A stretch of 64,000 nt of DNA from an uncultured Flavobacteriaceae bacterium (GCA_905479475.1 CAJQMT010000006.1:1260-65259); one strand, 5' to 3'; positions 26,667-38,168 are shown, counted from the first letter of the stretch. Numbers and translations are program-made. The notes: generated by a model not told the origin, from the letters alone.

Positions 26667-29255
26667 TTAATTGTTTCTGAAAACAAATTTTCCGTCAAAC
26701 GCGTCGAGTAAAATATGTTGACTGGGTTTTATATTTCCTGCCAATATTTCTTTAGACAAGGCATTTAACACCTCTTTTTGAACCACACGTTTCACAGGAC
26801 GCGCCCCAAACTTCGGGTCGAATCCTTTTCCTGACAGTGTTTCAATAGCGTCTTCGGTCGCTTTGAGATAAATTTGTTTTTCTAACAACATTTGTGAAAG
26901 TCCATCGAGTTGCATGCATACAATTTTTTGAATTTCTTTTCTGTCCAAAGGCGTGAATAGAATTATGTCATCAATTCGATTTAAAAACTCGGGTCGAATG
27001 GTGTTTTTTAAAACCTCCATGACATCCTCTTTTGCTTTTTGAGTAATTCGGTCCTTGCTCTCATTTTTTGCATTCTCAAAACGGTCTTGAATTTTGTCTG
27101 ACCCTAAGTTGGAAGTCATGATGATGATCGTGTTTTTAAAATCGGCGATTCTTCCTTTGTTGTCGGTCAGTCTTCCTTCGTCCAATACTTGCAATAAAAT
27201 ATTGAAAGTGTCTGGATGTGCTTTTTCGATCTCATCTAACAAGATTACGGAATAAGGCTTTCTTCGGACTGCTTCGGTCAGCTGTCCGCCCTCGTCATAA
27301 CCTACGTAACCCGGGGGAGCTCCTACCAATCGACTGACGGCATGGCGTTCCTGGTATTCACTCATATCCAATCTTGTCAAAGCGCTTTCGTTGTCAAATA
27401 AATAAGAAGCCAGTGCTTTGGCCAATTCCGTTTTTCCAACCCCAGTTGTTCCTAGAAACAAAAAGGATCCCAAAGGTTTCTTTTCATCTTGTAGTCCCGT
27501 TCTTGAGCGCCTTACAGCATCAGAAACAGCTTCGATAGCTTCTTTTTGACCAATCACACGTTTGTGCAGTTCTTTTTCCAGTACGAGCAATTTCTCGCGC
27601 TCACTTTGCAGCATTTTCTGCACTGGAATCCCCGTCCATTTGGCAATAACTTCAGCGATATCGTCTGAGGTAACCTCTTCTTTTATCAATGCATTTTCTT
27701 GATTTTTAACAACTTCTTTTTGAAGTTTGTCAAGTGATTCTTGGGCATCTTTGATTTTTCCATAACGCAACTCAGCCACCAAGCCATAGTTGCCCTCTCG
27801 CTCTGCTTTGTCGGCATCTAACTTGTGATTTTCAATGGTTTCTTTTGTGTTTTGAACCTTGTCTACCAAGTCTTTCTCACTTTTCCATTTGCCATACAAG
27901 CCGTCTCTATTTTCTTTGAGATTTGCCAGCTCTTTTTTCAAATGATTGAGTTTGATTTTGTCTTTTTCTCGTTTAATGGCTTCGATTTCTATTTCGAGCT
28001 GCATTATTTTTCTGTCCAGAGCATCTAGTTCTTCGGGTTTCGAGTTGATTTCCATACGCATTTTTGAAGCAGATTCATCGATTAAATCAATGGCCTTGTC
28101 GGGCAAGAACCGATTGGTTATGTAGCGCTGTGACAGTTCCACAGCTGCAATTACAGCCTCGTCTTTGATGCGTACTTTGTGATGTGCTTCGTATTTGTCT
28201 TTGATTCCTCTTAAGATTGAGATCGCACTTTCGGTGGTGGGTTCGTCTACAATGACTTTTTGAAAACGACGCTCCAAAGCTTTGTCTTTTTCAAAATATT
28301 TTTGGTATTCGTCTAGTGTTGTGGCACCTATTACGCGGAGTTCACCTCTTGCCAATGCCGGCTTTAAAATGTTAGCCGCATCCATGGCTCCTTCGCCACC
28401 TCCTGCGCCAACCAGAGTGTGTATTTCATCTATAAATAGGACGATATTGCCATCGGAAGAAATCACTTCTTTCACAACTGATTTCAGACGTTCTTCAAAT
28501 TCTCCTTTGAATTTTGCACCAGCAATCAATGCCCCCATGTCTAACGAGAAAATTTGTTTTGTTTTTAAATTTTCAGGAATATCGCCTTGAATGATTCGAT
28601 GCGCCAAACCTTCGGCAATTGCTGTTTTACCAACACCTGGTTCTCCTACAATCATAGGATTGTTTTTGGTGCGTCGTGATAGTATTTGAAGAATTCTTCT
28701 AATTTCCTCGTCTCTTCCAATAACAGGATCCAATTTGCCATCATTGGCCAGTTGGTTTAGGTTTTTTGCGTATTTACTCAAAGCATTGTAGGTGTCTTCA
28801 ACGGATTGGGATTTTACCTGTTGTCCACCTCTCAATTCATCGATGGCAGCTTTGAGTCCTTTTTCATTGATTCCTTGGTCTTTCAATTGTTGAGAGACGA
28901 GGTCTTTGTTTTTTAAAAGCGCAATAAGTAAATGTTCAATCGCAATAAATTCATCCTTCATTTTTTTTGCGATGTTGTTGGCGTCGAGTAAGGTGGTGTT
29001 TGTAGCACGAGACAAGGCAACTGTTCCTCCAAGAACCTTCGGGAAGCTTTCCAAACTGCGGTGCACCACTTCTGTGAAAATAGTAATATTGACCCCTAAT
29101 TTTTTTAAAATAAAAGGAGTTACATTTTCATCTATCTCTAGGATCGCTTTGAAAATATGTGTGTTTTCGATCAGTTGGTGTTCGTGTTCGTGAGCGATTT
29201 GTTGTGCCTTTTGAACGACCTCTTGAGCTTTGATGGTGAAATTATTAAAGTTCAT
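26667..29255 (-). CDS. clpB: ATP-dependent chaperone/disaggregase ClpB
   Basis: 862 aa with a Clp N domain, two AAA+ modules (GEPGVGKT and GTTGVGKT Walker A) and a long coiled-coil middle domain. Confidence 0.97.
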   Translation of the reverse strand: MNFNNFTIKAQEVVQKAQQIAHEHEHQLIENTHIFKAILEIDENVTPFILKKLGVNITIFTEVVHRSLESFPKVLGGTVALSRATNTTLLDANNIAKKMKDEFIAIEHLLIALLKNKDLVSQQLKDQGINEKGLKAAIDELRGGQQVKSQSVEDTYNALSKYAKNLNQLANDGKLDPVIGRDEEIRRILQILSRRTKNNPMIVGEPGVGKTAIAEGLAHRIIQGDIPENLKTKQIFSLDMGALIAGAKFKGEFEERLKSVVKEVISSDGNIVLFIDEIHTLVGAGGGEGAMDAANILKPALARGELRVIGATTLDEYQKYFEKDKALERRFQKVIVDEPTTESAISILRGIKDKYEAHHKVRIKDEAVIAAVELSQRYITNRFLPDKAIDLIDESASKMRMEINSKPEELDALDRKIMQLEIEIEAIKREKDKIKLNHLKKELANLKENRDGLYGKWKSEKDLVDKVQNTKETIENHKLDADKAEREGNYGLVAELRYGKIKDAQESLDKLQKEVVKNQENALIKEEVTSDDIAEVIAKWTGIPVQKMLQSEREKLLVLEKELHKRVIGQKEAIEAVSDAVRRSRTGLQDEKKPLGSFLFLGTTGVGKTELAKALASYLFDNESALTRLDMSEYQERHAVSRLVGAPPGYVGYDEGGQLTEAVRRKPYSVILLDEIEKAHPDTFNILLQVLDEGRLTDNKGRIADFKNTIIIMTSNLGSDKIQDRFENAKNESKDRITQKAKEDVMEVLKNTIRPEFLNRIDDIILFTPLDRKEIQKIVCMQLDGLSQMLLEKQIYLKATEDAIETLSGKGFDPKFGARPVKRVVQKEVLNALSKEILAGNIKPSQHILLDAFDGKFVFRNN

Positions 29256-29484
29256 ACCAGTTATTTTATAGATTTTGATACAAAAATGTCAAAGAGTGTT
29301 CCAAGGTTTTATTTGAGCGTTGAGCAGTCAAATTGTCTAAACACTTTTAGAAAATAAGACAAATTGGCTTAAAAAATGACGATTCGTCAATAAGAACTCA
29401 AAAATCAAATATAATTTTCTTCGTTTTAACTTTTCAAGAAAAAGAATTTTGTATTTTTATTGTGAAACTATTTAAAATTAAAAC

Positions 29485-29877
29485 ATGGGATTATTGGACA
29501 AAGTTTTTGGAGGCGAAAAAGAAAAAAAAATCAAAATAGCATGGCTGTCCTTGGTTTCTGAGGATCAGTTAGAAACAATCCAAAATTCGAGGAATAAAGT
29601 TGTTGTCTTGTTTAAGCACAGTACGCGATGCGGAATAAGCAACAGCGTGTTGCGTCAGTTCGAGAACAAAAACGAAGCGTTGAACGGTCAGATTGATTTT
29701 TATCTTTTGGATTTGTTAAACTTCCGACCACTGTCTGCTGCCATTGCGGAAAAATTTGACGTAACGCATCAATCGCCTCAGCTTTTAGTTTTCCAGAATG
29801 GGGTTTTGCGCGCTCACGATTCTCATCACGACATTGTGAACATCGATTTAGATACGTACATAAGTCCCTCAGCATAA
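29485..29877 (+). CDS. ytxJ: YtxJ-family thioredoxin-like protein (bacillithiol-system redox protein)
   Basis: FKHSTRCGIS (TCxxS active site), THQSPQLLVFQNG and HDSHHDI parallel B. subtilis YtxJ. Confidence 0.8.
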   Translation: MGLLDKVFGGEKEKKIKIAWLSLVSEDQLETIQNSRNKVVVLFKHSTRCGISNSVLRQFENKNEALNGQIDFYLLDLLNFRPLSAAIAEKFDVTHQSPQLLVFQNGVLRAHDSHHDIVNIDLDTYISPSA

Positions 29878-30085
29878 ATACGCTTTAAAAATATAACCTA
29901 TTGTTTCATTTCTTAGTCTGAAAATTCAAAGTAAAAAAGGTCTTTTTATATTTTAGCGGGCGCTTGTCAGTCAAAGTTCGGAAATGTTTATATCCTGTTA
30001 ATTTTTCTTTCTTTTCTGCTGTCAAATACAAAAGAGAATTCGTAATTTTGCGTTTTATTTTTTAACAAACTGTAAATTGTAAAGA

Positions 30086-31360
30086 ATGCAACGAGATCAA
30101 ATCATCTTCGACTTAATTCAAGACGAAAAAGAGAGACAATTAGAAGGATTGGAATTAATCGCTTCAGAAAACTTTGTAAGTGAACAAGTGATGGAAGCGC
30201 AAGGCTCTGTATTGACAAATAAGTATGCTGAGGGATACCCAGGCAAGCGTTATTATGGTGGATGTGAAGTAGTTGATGTCGTAGAGCAAATTGCGATTGA
30301 TAGAGCCAAGGAGTTGTTTGGTGCTGCATATGTGAATGTACAACCCCATTCAGGGTCACAAGCGAACGCAGCGGTGTTTTTAGCGATTTTAAAGCCAGGA
30401 GATAAAATGTTAGGTTTTGACTTATCACACGGTGGTCATTTAACACACGGTTCTCCAGTAAACTTTTCAGGAAAAACGTACCAAACTTCGTTTTATGGTG
30501 TAGAAGAGGAGACAGGGCTTTTGAATTACGATAATATTCAAAAAATAGCGTTGGAGGAGAAGCCAAAATTGATCATCGCAGGAGCTTCTTCATACTCGAG
30601 AGATATCGACTTTGCTCGTTTTAGAGAAATTGCCGATAGTGTTGGAGCTTACTTATTAGCAGACATTTCACACCCTTCTGGAATGATCGCGAAAGGTTTG
30701 TTAAACGACCCAATGCCGCATTGTCATTTTGTGACCACAACGACTCACAAAACTTTGAGAGGGCCTAGAGGAGGAATGATTATGATGGGGCAAGATTTTG
30801 AAAACAAAATGGGAATCAAATTGAAAAATGGTTCTTTGAGAAAAATGTCAGGATTGTTAAACGCAGCAGTATTCCCAGGAATGCAGGGTGGCCCTTTGGA
30901 GCACGTTATTGCAGCCAAAGCAATTGCTTTTGGTGAGGCTTTGACAGATGATTTTTTACATTACCAGATTAGAGTGAAAGAAAATGCTGCGGCATTGGCT
31001 GCGGCTTTTGTAGCCAAAGGATACAAACTGATTTCTGGAGGGACAGACAATCACTGCATGTTGATTGATCTGCGCAATAAAAATCTTTCTGGAAAAGATG
31101 CAGAACAAGCTTTGGTGAAAGCAGACATTACGGTTAATAAAAATATGGTTCCTTTTGACGACAAGTCTCCATTTGTGACTTCGGGAATTCGTATCGGGGC
31201 GTCAGCAGTTACAACACGTGGTTTGAAAGCAGGAGATATGGCTGCGGTTGTAGATTTGATTGACGAGGTGATTGTAAACTTTGAAGACGAAGCTGTGTTG
31301 GAAGCCATAGGAACTAAAGTAAATGCTTTGATGAGTGGACGACCTTTGTTCAATGCTTAA
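30086..31360 (+). CDS. glyA: Serine hydroxymethyltransferase
   Basis: [20 protein letters not shown] and PLP-lysine context [14 protein letters not shown]. Confidence 0.97.
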   Translation: MQRDQIIFDLIQDEKERQLEGLELIASENFVSEQVMEAQGSVLTNKYAEGYPGKRYYGGCEVVDVVEQIAIDRAKELFGAAYVNVQPHSGSQANAAVFLAILKPGDKMLGFDLSHGGHLTHGSPVNFSGKTYQTSFYGVEEETGLLNYDNIQKIALEEKPKLIIAGASSYSRDIDFARFREIADSVGAYLLADISHPSGMIAKGLLNDPMPHCHFVTTTTHKTLRGPRGGMIMMGQDFENKMGIKLKNGSLRKMSGLLNAAVFPGMQGGPLEHVIAAKAIAFGEALTDDFLHYQIRVKENAAALAAAFVAKGYKLISGGTDNHCMLIDLRNKNLSGKDAEQALVKADITVNKNMVPFDDKSPFVTSGIRIGASAVTTRGLKAGDMAAVVDLIDEVIVNFEDEAVLEAIGTKVNALMSGRPLFNA

Positions 31361-31382
31361 ATTAAGTACCCTATTATATTCG

Positions 31383-31418
31383 AATCCCATTTCAGTTCTG
31401 AAGTGGGATTTTTTTTAG
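31383..31418 (+). terminator. Rho-independent terminator of glyA
   Basis: Stem aatcccatttc / gaagtgggatt (one G-U pair) with a 6-nt loop, followed by a T run. Confidence 0.7.
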
Positions 31419-31441
31419 ATTGATTTTTTAGAATTGTGTAT

Positions 31442-31473
31442 AAAAAAACCTGCAAATAAATTGCAGGTTTTTT
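31442..31473. terminator. Bidirectional rho-independent terminator between the convergent glyA and coiled-coil genes
   Basis: Perfect 12-bp stem aaaaacctgcaa / ttgcaggttttt with a 5-nt loop. The A run on one side and the T run on the other let it work on both strands. Confidence 0.7.
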
Positions 31474-31512
31474 AGTCTTGGGTTTTTCTGTAAATCAGAA
31501 TTTCACTGATTT

Positions 31513-32286
31513 TTATGCTAATATTTTATCCAGCGCAGCTATTTCCTCGTCTGCCAATGTAGCATCTACTAAAATGCGACCGCTGTGCTCATCAATCGTA
31601 ATTTTTTTACGAGAAGCAATCTCAATTTGTACCTGTGGTGGAATTGTAAAGAAAGATCCTCCGGCAGCTCCTCTTTCAATAGAAACAACAGCCAATCCAT
31701 TTTTTACATTCGAACGGATTCTTTTGTAAGCTTTCAATAAGTGTGCATCAATTTTTACAGACAATTCTTCTGACATTTTGAGCATCAAACCTTCTTCTTT
31801 TTCCGTTTCTTTTGAAATGGCGTCCAATTCCGCTTTTTTGTGCTCTAAATGAGATGTCTGTTCTTCCAGTTTTTCTGTGGTAGTTGCGACGACCTCATTT
31901 TTTTGTTCGATCTTAACCTTGTATTCTTTGATGCGTTTTTCTGCCAATTCAATTTCTAAGTGCTGAAATTCAATTTCTTTCGTCAAAGAATCAAATTCTC
32001 TGTTGTTACGGACAGATTTTTGTTGTTCTTCGTATTTTTTCGACAACGCTTTGGCTTCTTCAATTCCATTTTTTTTGTCGCTAATGTCTTCTTGTAGTTT
32101 TACTACTTCTTCGTTCAAGTTTGAAAGTCTTTGAGTCAAACCTGTAATGTCATCCTCTAAATCTTCTACCTCTAGTGGAAGCTCACCTCGTACATTTTTG
32201 ATATCATCTATTTTAGAGTCAATCAATTGCAATTTGTAAAGGGATCTCAATTTGTCTTCAACTGTCAGTTCTTTCGTCTTAGCCAT
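31513..32286 (-). CDS. COG1579-type coiled-coil protein (zinc-ribbon-domain family with degenerate ribbon), partner of Nif3
   Basis: 257 aa, strongly heptad/coiled-coil. It lies immediately downstream of the Nif3-like gene, as is typical. Confidence 0.7.
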   Translation of the reverse strand: MAKTKELTVEDKLRSLYKLQLIDSKIDDIKNVRGELPLEVEDLEDDITGLTQRLSNLNEEVVKLQEDISDKKNGIEEAKALSKKYEEQQKSVRNNREFDSLTKEIEFQHLEIELAEKRIKEYKVKIEQKNEVVATTTEKLEEQTSHLEHKKAELDAISKETEKEEGLMLKMSEELSVKIDAHLLKAYKRIRSNVKNGLAVVSIERGAAGGSFFTIPPQVQIEIASRKKITIDEHSGRILVDATLADEEIAALDKILA

Positions 32287-32288
32287 GT

Positions 32289-33386
32289 CTATATATAGTA
32301 AATAGGATTTGTATTTTTATCTGATAAAATGACTGCAAAATTAGTAAATTTTTTTGTAAGATAATCAACTAAGAGGTTTTTTGTGAATTGCTCACTTTCA
32401 TAATGACCTATATCGGTGATAAGAATCTTATTTTCAGCTTTGTAAAACTCGTGGTATTTGAAGTCTGCTGAAATATAAGCATCCGCACCTTTATTTTTTG
32501 CGTGTTCAATTGCGAAGCTTCCAGCTCCCCCTAAAACAGCCACTTTTTTGATGGTTTTATCTGTCAGTTTGGAATGCCGAATACAGTCAGTTTTCATGTG
32601 TTTTTTTACATGAGTTAAGAATTGAATTTCAGACATTTCATTTTCAAATTCACCAATCATACCCATGCCTATTTGTTGATGTGTGTTTTCTAGAGTAGTG
32701 ATTTCGTAGGCAACCTCCTCGTAAGGATGGTTTTCAAACAAAGCTTTGAGGATATTTTTTTCAAGGTGTTTTTCAAAAATGATTCCAATGATCATTTCTT
32801 TTTCGGTTTGCAATTCTCCCTTTTGACCGATTACGGGATTGGAATTTTCGTTTCCTCGATAGGTTCCAAAGCCTTCGACATTGAAACTGCAATTATCATA
32901 ATTACCAATATTTCCTGCTCCTTGTGCAAAAAGTGCTTTCCGCAATCGGTGGGCATTTTCAATAGGTATGTAGGTTAATAATTTTTTAATGTTGTGTTTT
33001 TGTGGAATTAGAATCTGTCTATTCTGTATTCCTAGTACGTCACATATCTTTGCATTTACTCCTGTGAAGCAATTGTCTAGGGCAGTGTGAACGGCGTATA
33101 TGGCAATGTTGTTTTGAATGGCTTTGATTACAACTCGCTCTACATAATTACTGCCGTTTAATTTTTTCATTCCAGAAAAAATAATTGGATGGAAACTAAC
33201 AATGAGATTGCAATTTTTGGCAATCGCTTCCTCGAGCGTAGTTTCTAATGTATCAAGCGTGACGAGTACGCCAGTGACTTCTGTTTGTGCATCTCCCACT
33301 AACAGGCCCACGTTATCAAAGCTTTCCGCATAAGAGAGGGGAGCCCATTGTTCAAGGCTTTTCGTGATGTCTATTATTTTTGTCAT
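32289..33386 (-). CDS. Nif3-like dinuclear metal center protein (GTP cyclohydrolase 1 type 2 family)
   Basis: ESFDNVGLLVGD, SFHPIIF, AVHTALD and DIGHYESE motifs, with the insertion domain typical of long Nif3 forms. Confidence 0.88.
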   Translation of the reverse strand: MTKIIDITKSLEQWAPLSYAESFDNVGLLVGDAQTEVTGVLVTLDTLETTLEEAIAKNCNLIVSFHPIIFSGMKKLNGSNYVERVVIKAIQNNIAIYAVHTALDNCFTGVNAKICDVLGIQNRQILIPQKHNIKKLLTYIPIENAHRLRKALFAQGAGNIGNYDNCSFNVEGFGTYRGNENSNPVIGQKGELQTEKEMIIGIIFEKHLEKNILKALFENHPYEEVAYEITTLENTHQQIGMGMIGEFENEMSEIQFLTHVKKHMKTDCIRHSKLTDKTIKKVAVLGGAGSFAIEHAKNKGADAYISADFKYHEFYKAENKILITDIGHYESEQFTKNLLVDYLTKKFTNFAVILSDKNTNPIYYI

Positions 33387-33498
33387 GGTCTAGTTATCTA
33401 ATTTCAAATTTATAAAAATATAGTTGAATAGCTTCGAGTTGCATTGTCAATTTCTGTAAGTTTGTCAAGTTGTTTATATTTGCCGAAATTCAAACCTC

Positions 33499-34539
33499 AT
33501 GAAAAAAACATTTTTACTGACTTGTGCACGCTGGTTGTTGGCTCCTTTTTCAGTACTGTATTGGGGAATTGTTTCGTTTCGAAACTTTTTATTTGAAATA
33601 GGTGTTTTAAAATCAACCTCCTTTCACGTTCCTGTTATAATTGTGGGAAATTTGAGTGTGGGTGGAACTGGAAAGTCTCCACAAATAGAATATTTGATCC
33701 GTCTTTTAAAAGGTAGCTACCAATTGGCAACTTTGAGTAGGGGATACAAGCGTAACACCAAGGGGTTTGTGCAAGCGACACCGACAACAACAGTTGAAGA
33801 GATGGGCGATGAGCCTTTTCAATTTTATAAAAACCATCCTGAAATTTCCGTAGCGGTAGATGCGAATCGAGTACATGGTATGCAACAATTGTTAAATAAA
33901 TCACCAGGTTTGGAAGTTGTTTTGTTAGACGATGCCTTTCAGCATCGCTACGTAAGGGCAAAACTTTCTATTTTGTTAACAGCCTACAATGACTTATATG
34001 TAAACGATTTTATACTGCCACTTGGAACGTTGCGTGAATCTAGAAATGGAGCGAAAAGGGCTGGGATTATTGTTGTGACGAAGTGTCCGCCGAGTTTGTC
34101 CGAAAGCGCACAAGAAAAAATAAAACAAAAATTAGCACCAAGGAGGAGTCAAAGTGTGTTTTTTAGTGCCATTTCCTATGCAGACCACATCGTTTCAAAG
34201 TCAAACAAGATTTTGGTTTCAGAGCTGCCATCATACGAGGTGTTGTTAGTGACGGGAATCGCAAATCCTGAGCCTTTATTGAAGAAGATGCAATCCTTGT
34301 GTTTAAATTTCAAGCATTTGGAGTTTCCAGACCACTATAATTTTGGAAAGAAAGACTTGGTCCTTATTCAAGAGGAGTATTTTACTTTGCCTGGCAAAAA
34401 AAAGATTTTATTGTCTACTGAAAAAGATTATATGCGTCTCAAAGAAATAGCGTTACCATTGTATTATTGGGGGATTGAAACACGTTTTATAAACAAGGGT
34501 CCGTCTTTTGATCAACTTGTTTTGGAACAAATGGGATGA
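33499..34539 (+). CDS. lpxK: Tetraacyldisaccharide 4'-kinase
   Basis: P-loop VGNLSVGGTGKSP, TLSRGYKR and LLDDAFQHR. Confidence 0.93.
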   Translation: MKKTFLLTCARWLLAPFSVLYWGIVSFRNFLFEIGVLKSTSFHVPVIIVGNLSVGGTGKSPQIEYLIRLLKGSYQLATLSRGYKRNTKGFVQATPTTTVEEMGDEPFQFYKNHPEISVAVDANRVHGMQQLLNKSPGLEVVLLDDAFQHRYVRAKLSILLTAYNDLYVNDFILPLGTLRESRNGAKRAGIIVVTKCPPSLSESAQEKIKQKLAPRRSQSVFFSAISYADHIVSKSNKILVSELPSYEVLLVTGIANPEPLLKKMQSLCLNFKHLEFPDHYNFGKKDLVLIQEEYFTLPGKKKILLSTEKDYMRLKEIALPLYYWGIETRFINKGPSFDQLVLEQMG

Positions 34540-34543
34540 TTGC

Positions 34544-35548
34544 TTAGTTGTTAATTGTCAACCTGATTTCTCTGTTGGCAATGTTCCAAGCTGTATAAAA
34601 AATAAGCTGTACACGTTTTTGGAGCAATTCATAATTGATTTTTTCTGGGGTGTCTGTTTCAAGGTGATAATCTTCATGCACGCCATTGAAATAGAATATT
34701 ACAGGAATGTTGTTTTTTGCAAAGTTGTAATGATCTGATCTGTAAAAGAAACGATTGGGGTCATTTTTGCGATTGTATGTGTAGTCTAAGGTCAAATTTA
34801 ATGTCGCTTTGTTCGTTTGCTCTGAAAGAACATGTAATTCCGAGCTCAATTTGTCTGCACCAATCAAATACAAATAGTTGGAGTTTTCGAGATGTGTATC
34901 GTCTATTCTTCCAATCATGTCTATGTTGAGATTTGCTATATGATTCTTTAAAGGGAATAGAGGGTTCTGAACATACCATTTTGAACCGTACAATCCTTGT
35001 TCTTCGGCAGTAAGGTGAAGAAAAAGAACAGATCGTTTCGGTCCCAGTCCTTTTTCTTTTGCTAGTTGAAAGGCTTCCGCAATTTCTAACAATGCAACGG
35101 TGCCTGAACTGTTGTCATCGGCTCCGTTGAAAATTTTGGTACCCTTGCTTCCTAGATGGTCATAATGTGCCGATATTACAAGGATTTCTTCCGGTTTTAT
35201 GGATCCTTTAACAAAGGCAACTACATTTTCGGAAGCTTTTGTATTCTCTGGTAAAAATAAACTTGGGATTTCTTGGTAGTAATCGTTGTTTCCCAAAGGA
35301 GTTAATACACCGTTTTTTTGATAGTGTTCTTTCAGAAATTTAGCTGCTTTTTTCTGACCAATTTCTCCTGTGTATCTGCCTTCATAACTATCAGAAGAAA
35401 AAGTGAACAAGGTTGTTTTAAGCTCCTCAATAGTAATTGAATTTGCAAATGGAACAGCGCTTTTAAGGGGTGGCGTTTCGGGTGGCTGAAAGGAGCTCAA
35501 ACAAAGTAATTGGAAGATGAAGAGCACGAAAAAAAGAGTTTGTTTCAT
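34544..35548 (-). CDS. M28 family metallopeptidase, secreted
   Basis: Signal peptide; SAHYDHLG, GADDNSSG, LTAEEQGLYGS and HEDYH metal-ligand contexts. Confidence 0.85.
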   Translation of the reverse strand: MKQTLFFVLFIFQLLCLSSFQPPETPPLKSAVPFANSITIEELKTTLFTFSSDSYEGRYTGEIGQKKAAKFLKEHYQKNGVLTPLGNNDYYQEIPSLFLPENTKASENVVAFVKGSIKPEEILVISAHYDHLGSKGTKIFNGADDNSSGTVALLEIAEAFQLAKEKGLGPKRSVLFLHLTAEEQGLYGSKWYVQNPLFPLKNHIANLNIDMIGRIDDTHLENSNYLYLIGADKLSSELHVLSEQTNKATLNLTLDYTYNRKNDPNRFFYRSDHYNFAKNNIPVIFYFNGVHEDYHLETDTPEKINYELLQKRVQLIFYTAWNIANREIRLTINN

Positions 35549-35588
35549 GGCGGTGTTTTTTTAACTACGGGAAACTAAAAAATAATTT

Positions 35589-36380
35589 TTAGGGTTGGAT
35601 ATGAAATTGTTTAGAGGCAGCGTCGAACAAAATTTGTTTTTTTGGAAACAATTTTTCAAAAGCATTTATTGCAATCAGTTCGTTCAAATCTCCTGAAATA
35701 AATTCATTTTCTAATAACAACCAAAATTCATCAGCTAATTTTAAGGCGAGATTTATCTCATGGGTAGATATGATAATGGTTTTGTTGGTGGTTTCAACCA
35801 GTTTCTGTAATAATTTAAAAACTTCGATTGTATGATGGATGTCAAGATGTGCAGTGGGTTCATCCAAAACAATAATTTCGGTGTCTTGTGCTAGTGCTCT
35901 TGCGATCATAACTTTTTGAAGTTGTCCGTCACTCAACTCATCGTATTTTTTGTCGCGAATGGAAATGATGTGCACTTGTTCCAAAGCTGCGTTTACTTTT
36001 TGCAAATCTAAAGGGCTAAGTTTACCCAGCCAGTTGGTATAGGGTTGTCTTCCCAGAGCGACCAATTCAAAAACAGTCAATTGTCCCTCAGGGATTTTTT
36101 CTGTGAATACCAACCCCATTTTTTTGGCTAAAAATTGAGGAGAGGCTTTTTTTAAATTTACTGCGTCTACAAATACATCTCCTTTTAGAGGGTGCAGTGT
36201 TTTTGAAAGCGTTTTTAATAAGGTTGATTTACCGATTCCATTTTTTCCTAAAAGACAAATGAGTTTTTTCTTTTGAGCAGTAATGTTCAAGTTTTCAGCA
36301 AGGCAATGCAACCCCTTCTTAGTACAATAGCCAATGTCTAAATTTTTAGTTTCTAAAACGATTTGTTTTTTAGTACTCAT
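35589..36380 (-). CDS. ABC transporter ATP-binding protein (FepC/FecE/BtuD-type iron-siderophore/cobalamin importer)
   Basis: Walker A GKNGIGKST, signature LSDGQLQ and Walker B IIVLDEPT. ATG at 36380 overlaps the permease stop (ATGA). Confidence 0.88.
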   Translation of the reverse strand: MSTKKQIVLETKNLDIGYCTKKGLHCLAENLNITAQKKKLICLLGKNGIGKSTLLKTLSKTLHPLKGDVFVDAVNLKKASPQFLAKKMGLVFTEKIPEGQLTVFELVALGRQPYTNWLGKLSPLDLQKVNAALEQVHIISIRDKKYDELSDGQLQKVMIARALAQDTEIIVLDEPTAHLDIHHTIEVFKLLQKLVETTNKTIIISTHEINLALKLADEFWLLLENEFISGDLNELIAINAFEKLFPKKQILFDAASKQFHIQP

Positions 36381-37411
36381 AAACTTCGAGAATCTTTTTT
36401 TCTTATTAACAGCCAAATGACAATAGGGGCACCGAAAATAGAGGTAATGGCATTGATTGGCAAGCTATATTCACTGCCGGGTAGTTGGGCAATAGTGTCA
36501 CAAAGAAGCAGTAACATGGCGCCAACAAGAGCCGAAGCGGGTAATAAAACACGATGGTTTGAAGTAGTGAATATTAATTTAGATAGGTGTGGAACAGCCA
36601 ATCCAACAAAAGCAATAGGGCCTGAAAATGCAGTAATGACTCCTGTGAGAAGGCTCGTGCATATGAGTACGAGATAACGTGTTTTTTTTATATCAACACC
36701 CATACTTATTGCGTAATTCTCTCCTAAAAGCAAACTATTCAAAGGTTTGATAGCTTTTAATAAAACAAGAAAGCAAGAGCTGACAACAATTCCAAAAACG
36801 AACACTTCTGTCCAATTTAAATTTCCGAGACTTCCAAAACTCCAAAAAATAAATTGTTGTAGTTTTTCAGCAGTGCTGAAATAACTAAGCACATTGATAA
36901 CAGCAGCACTAATACTGCCAAACATCAAACCTATAATCAGTATGGACATGGTGTTTTTGATTCTTTTGATGGCGATTAGCACGGCAAATAATACGAAAAA
37001 CGAACCTGTGCTAGCAGCTCCGATAAGACTCCAATTGGTCAGGGAAACCTCTCCTAAAAACGCTCCTAAAAACGAAGTACCAAGTATGAGAAGCGCAACG
37101 CCTAGGCTGGCACCAGCACTTATACCCAAAACAAAAGGACCCGCCAAGGGATTTCTAAAAAGTGTTTGCATAAGCAAGCCACTTGCTCCGAGACCGCTTC
37201 CTACCAAAATGGCAGTAAATGCTTTGGGAAGTCTGTAGTTCAAAACAATATAGTTCCAACTCTCTTTGTCGGTGTTTTCTAAAAATAAAATTTTGAAAAT
37301 TTTTTCAAGAGGTATAGAGATAGACCCCAAACTTAGGTTTGTAAAAAAAACCAAAAGAAAGAAGAACAGCAATAATCCAAAAGTGCCTATTTGTGTTTGT
37401 GATGCTTTCAA
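36377..37411 (-). CDS. FecCD-family ABC importer permease
   Basis: 344 aa with about 9-10 TM helices, typical of the BtuC/FecCD family (LLLGENYAISMGVD, GPIAFVGLAVPH). Confidence 0.88.
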   Translation of the reverse strand: MKASQTQIGTFGLLLFFFLLVFFTNLSLGSISIPLEKIFKILFLENTDKESWNYIVLNYRLPKAFTAILVGSGLGASGLLMQTLFRNPLAGPFVLGISAGASLGVALLILGTSFLGAFLGEVSLTNWSLIGAASTGSFFVLFAVLIAIKRIKNTMSILIIGLMFGSISAAVINVLSYFSTAEKLQQFIFWSFGSLGNLNWTEVFVFGIVVSSCFLVLLKAIKPLNSLLLGENYAISMGVDIKKTRYLVLICTSLLTGVITAFSGPIAFVGLAVPHLSKLIFTTSNHRVLLPASALVGAMLLLLCDTIAQLPGSEYSLPINAITSIFGAPIVIWLLIRKKDSRSL

Positions 37412-37412
37412 A

Positions 37413-37985
37413 TTAATCTTTGTTTAAAAAAGTGATCAATTTCTCAATGGCCCTTCCTCGATGACTAATGCTGCTTTTTTCATTCATAGACATTTCTGCA
37501 AACGATTTGTCAAAACCATCGGGTTGAAAAATAGGATCGTAACCAAATCCTTGCTCGCCGGTTTGAATGTTTAAAATTTGTCCTTTACAAACACCCTCGA
37601 AAAATAACTGTTGTCCGCTAAAATTCAAACAAATGACTGTTTTAAATTGTGCACTTCTATTGATTTTATCTTTCAATTCATTCAGCAGTTTCTCCATGTT
37701 TTTTTGAGTGTTGCACTCCATCCCTGCGTACCGTGCGGAATACACTCCTGGAGTTCCATTTAAAGCAGAAACCTCCAATCCAGTATCGTCTGCAAAACAA
37801 TTGTAGCCGTATTTTTTAGTAATGTAGTCTGCTTTGATTTGGGCATTCCCGTGCAAGGTGGTTCCTGTTTCAGGAATGTCTTCAAAGCATTCAATATCTT
37901 CCAAACTAATAAGTTCGATAGCGGGTAGCAAGGCAGCCACTTCTTTTAGTTTATTCTTGTTGTGAGTTGCAAAAACTATTTTCAT
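37413..37985 (-). CDS. rdgB: Non-canonical purine NTP pyrophosphatase (RdgB/HAM1 family)
   Basis: MKIVFATHNKNKLKE, DDTGLEV, GFGYDPIF and SHRGRA motifs. Start taken at ATG 37985. Confidence 0.92.
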   Translation of the reverse strand: MKIVFATHNKNKLKEVAALLPAIELISLEDIECFEDIPETGTTLHGNAQIKADYITKKYGYNCFADDTGLEVSALNGTPGVYSARYAGMECNTQKNMEKLLNELKDKINRSAQFKTVICLNFSGQQLFFEGVCKGQILNIQTGEQGFGYDPIFQPDGFDKSFAEMSMNEKSSISHRGRAIEKLITFLNKD

Positions 37986-38168
37986 CTGAAATGCATTGAA
38001 AAACAAAGATAGTTTTGATTTGTGTCTTTTCTAGCATGAACTATGAAAATTTCCTAAAATTCACAAAAGTGGCGGACGCTTACAATGCTTGCAAAAGAAA
38101 AAAATATCAGAAGGCTAGAAGTAAACTATATAAAATGTGAATTTACCTCCAGAAATTAGGTGTATTGC

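Noticed and set aside
26171-29357. ORFs nested in or antisense to lgt and clpB (for example 26171-26479, 26504-26698, 27825-28028, 28282-28590, 28906-29193 and 29157-29357)
   Set aside because: They are embedded in highly recognisable genes and have no independent signals.
29878-30085. Possible riboswitch (ZTP/THF-type) in the 208-nt glyA leader, and Moco or cobalamin riboswitches upstream of modA and the FecCD operon
   Set aside because: I could not find the conserved cores (for example the CCGCCTGGGC-like segment of the pfl/ZTP motif). The modA and ABC leaders are too short. A covariance-model scan (Rfam/Infernal) would be the decisive test.
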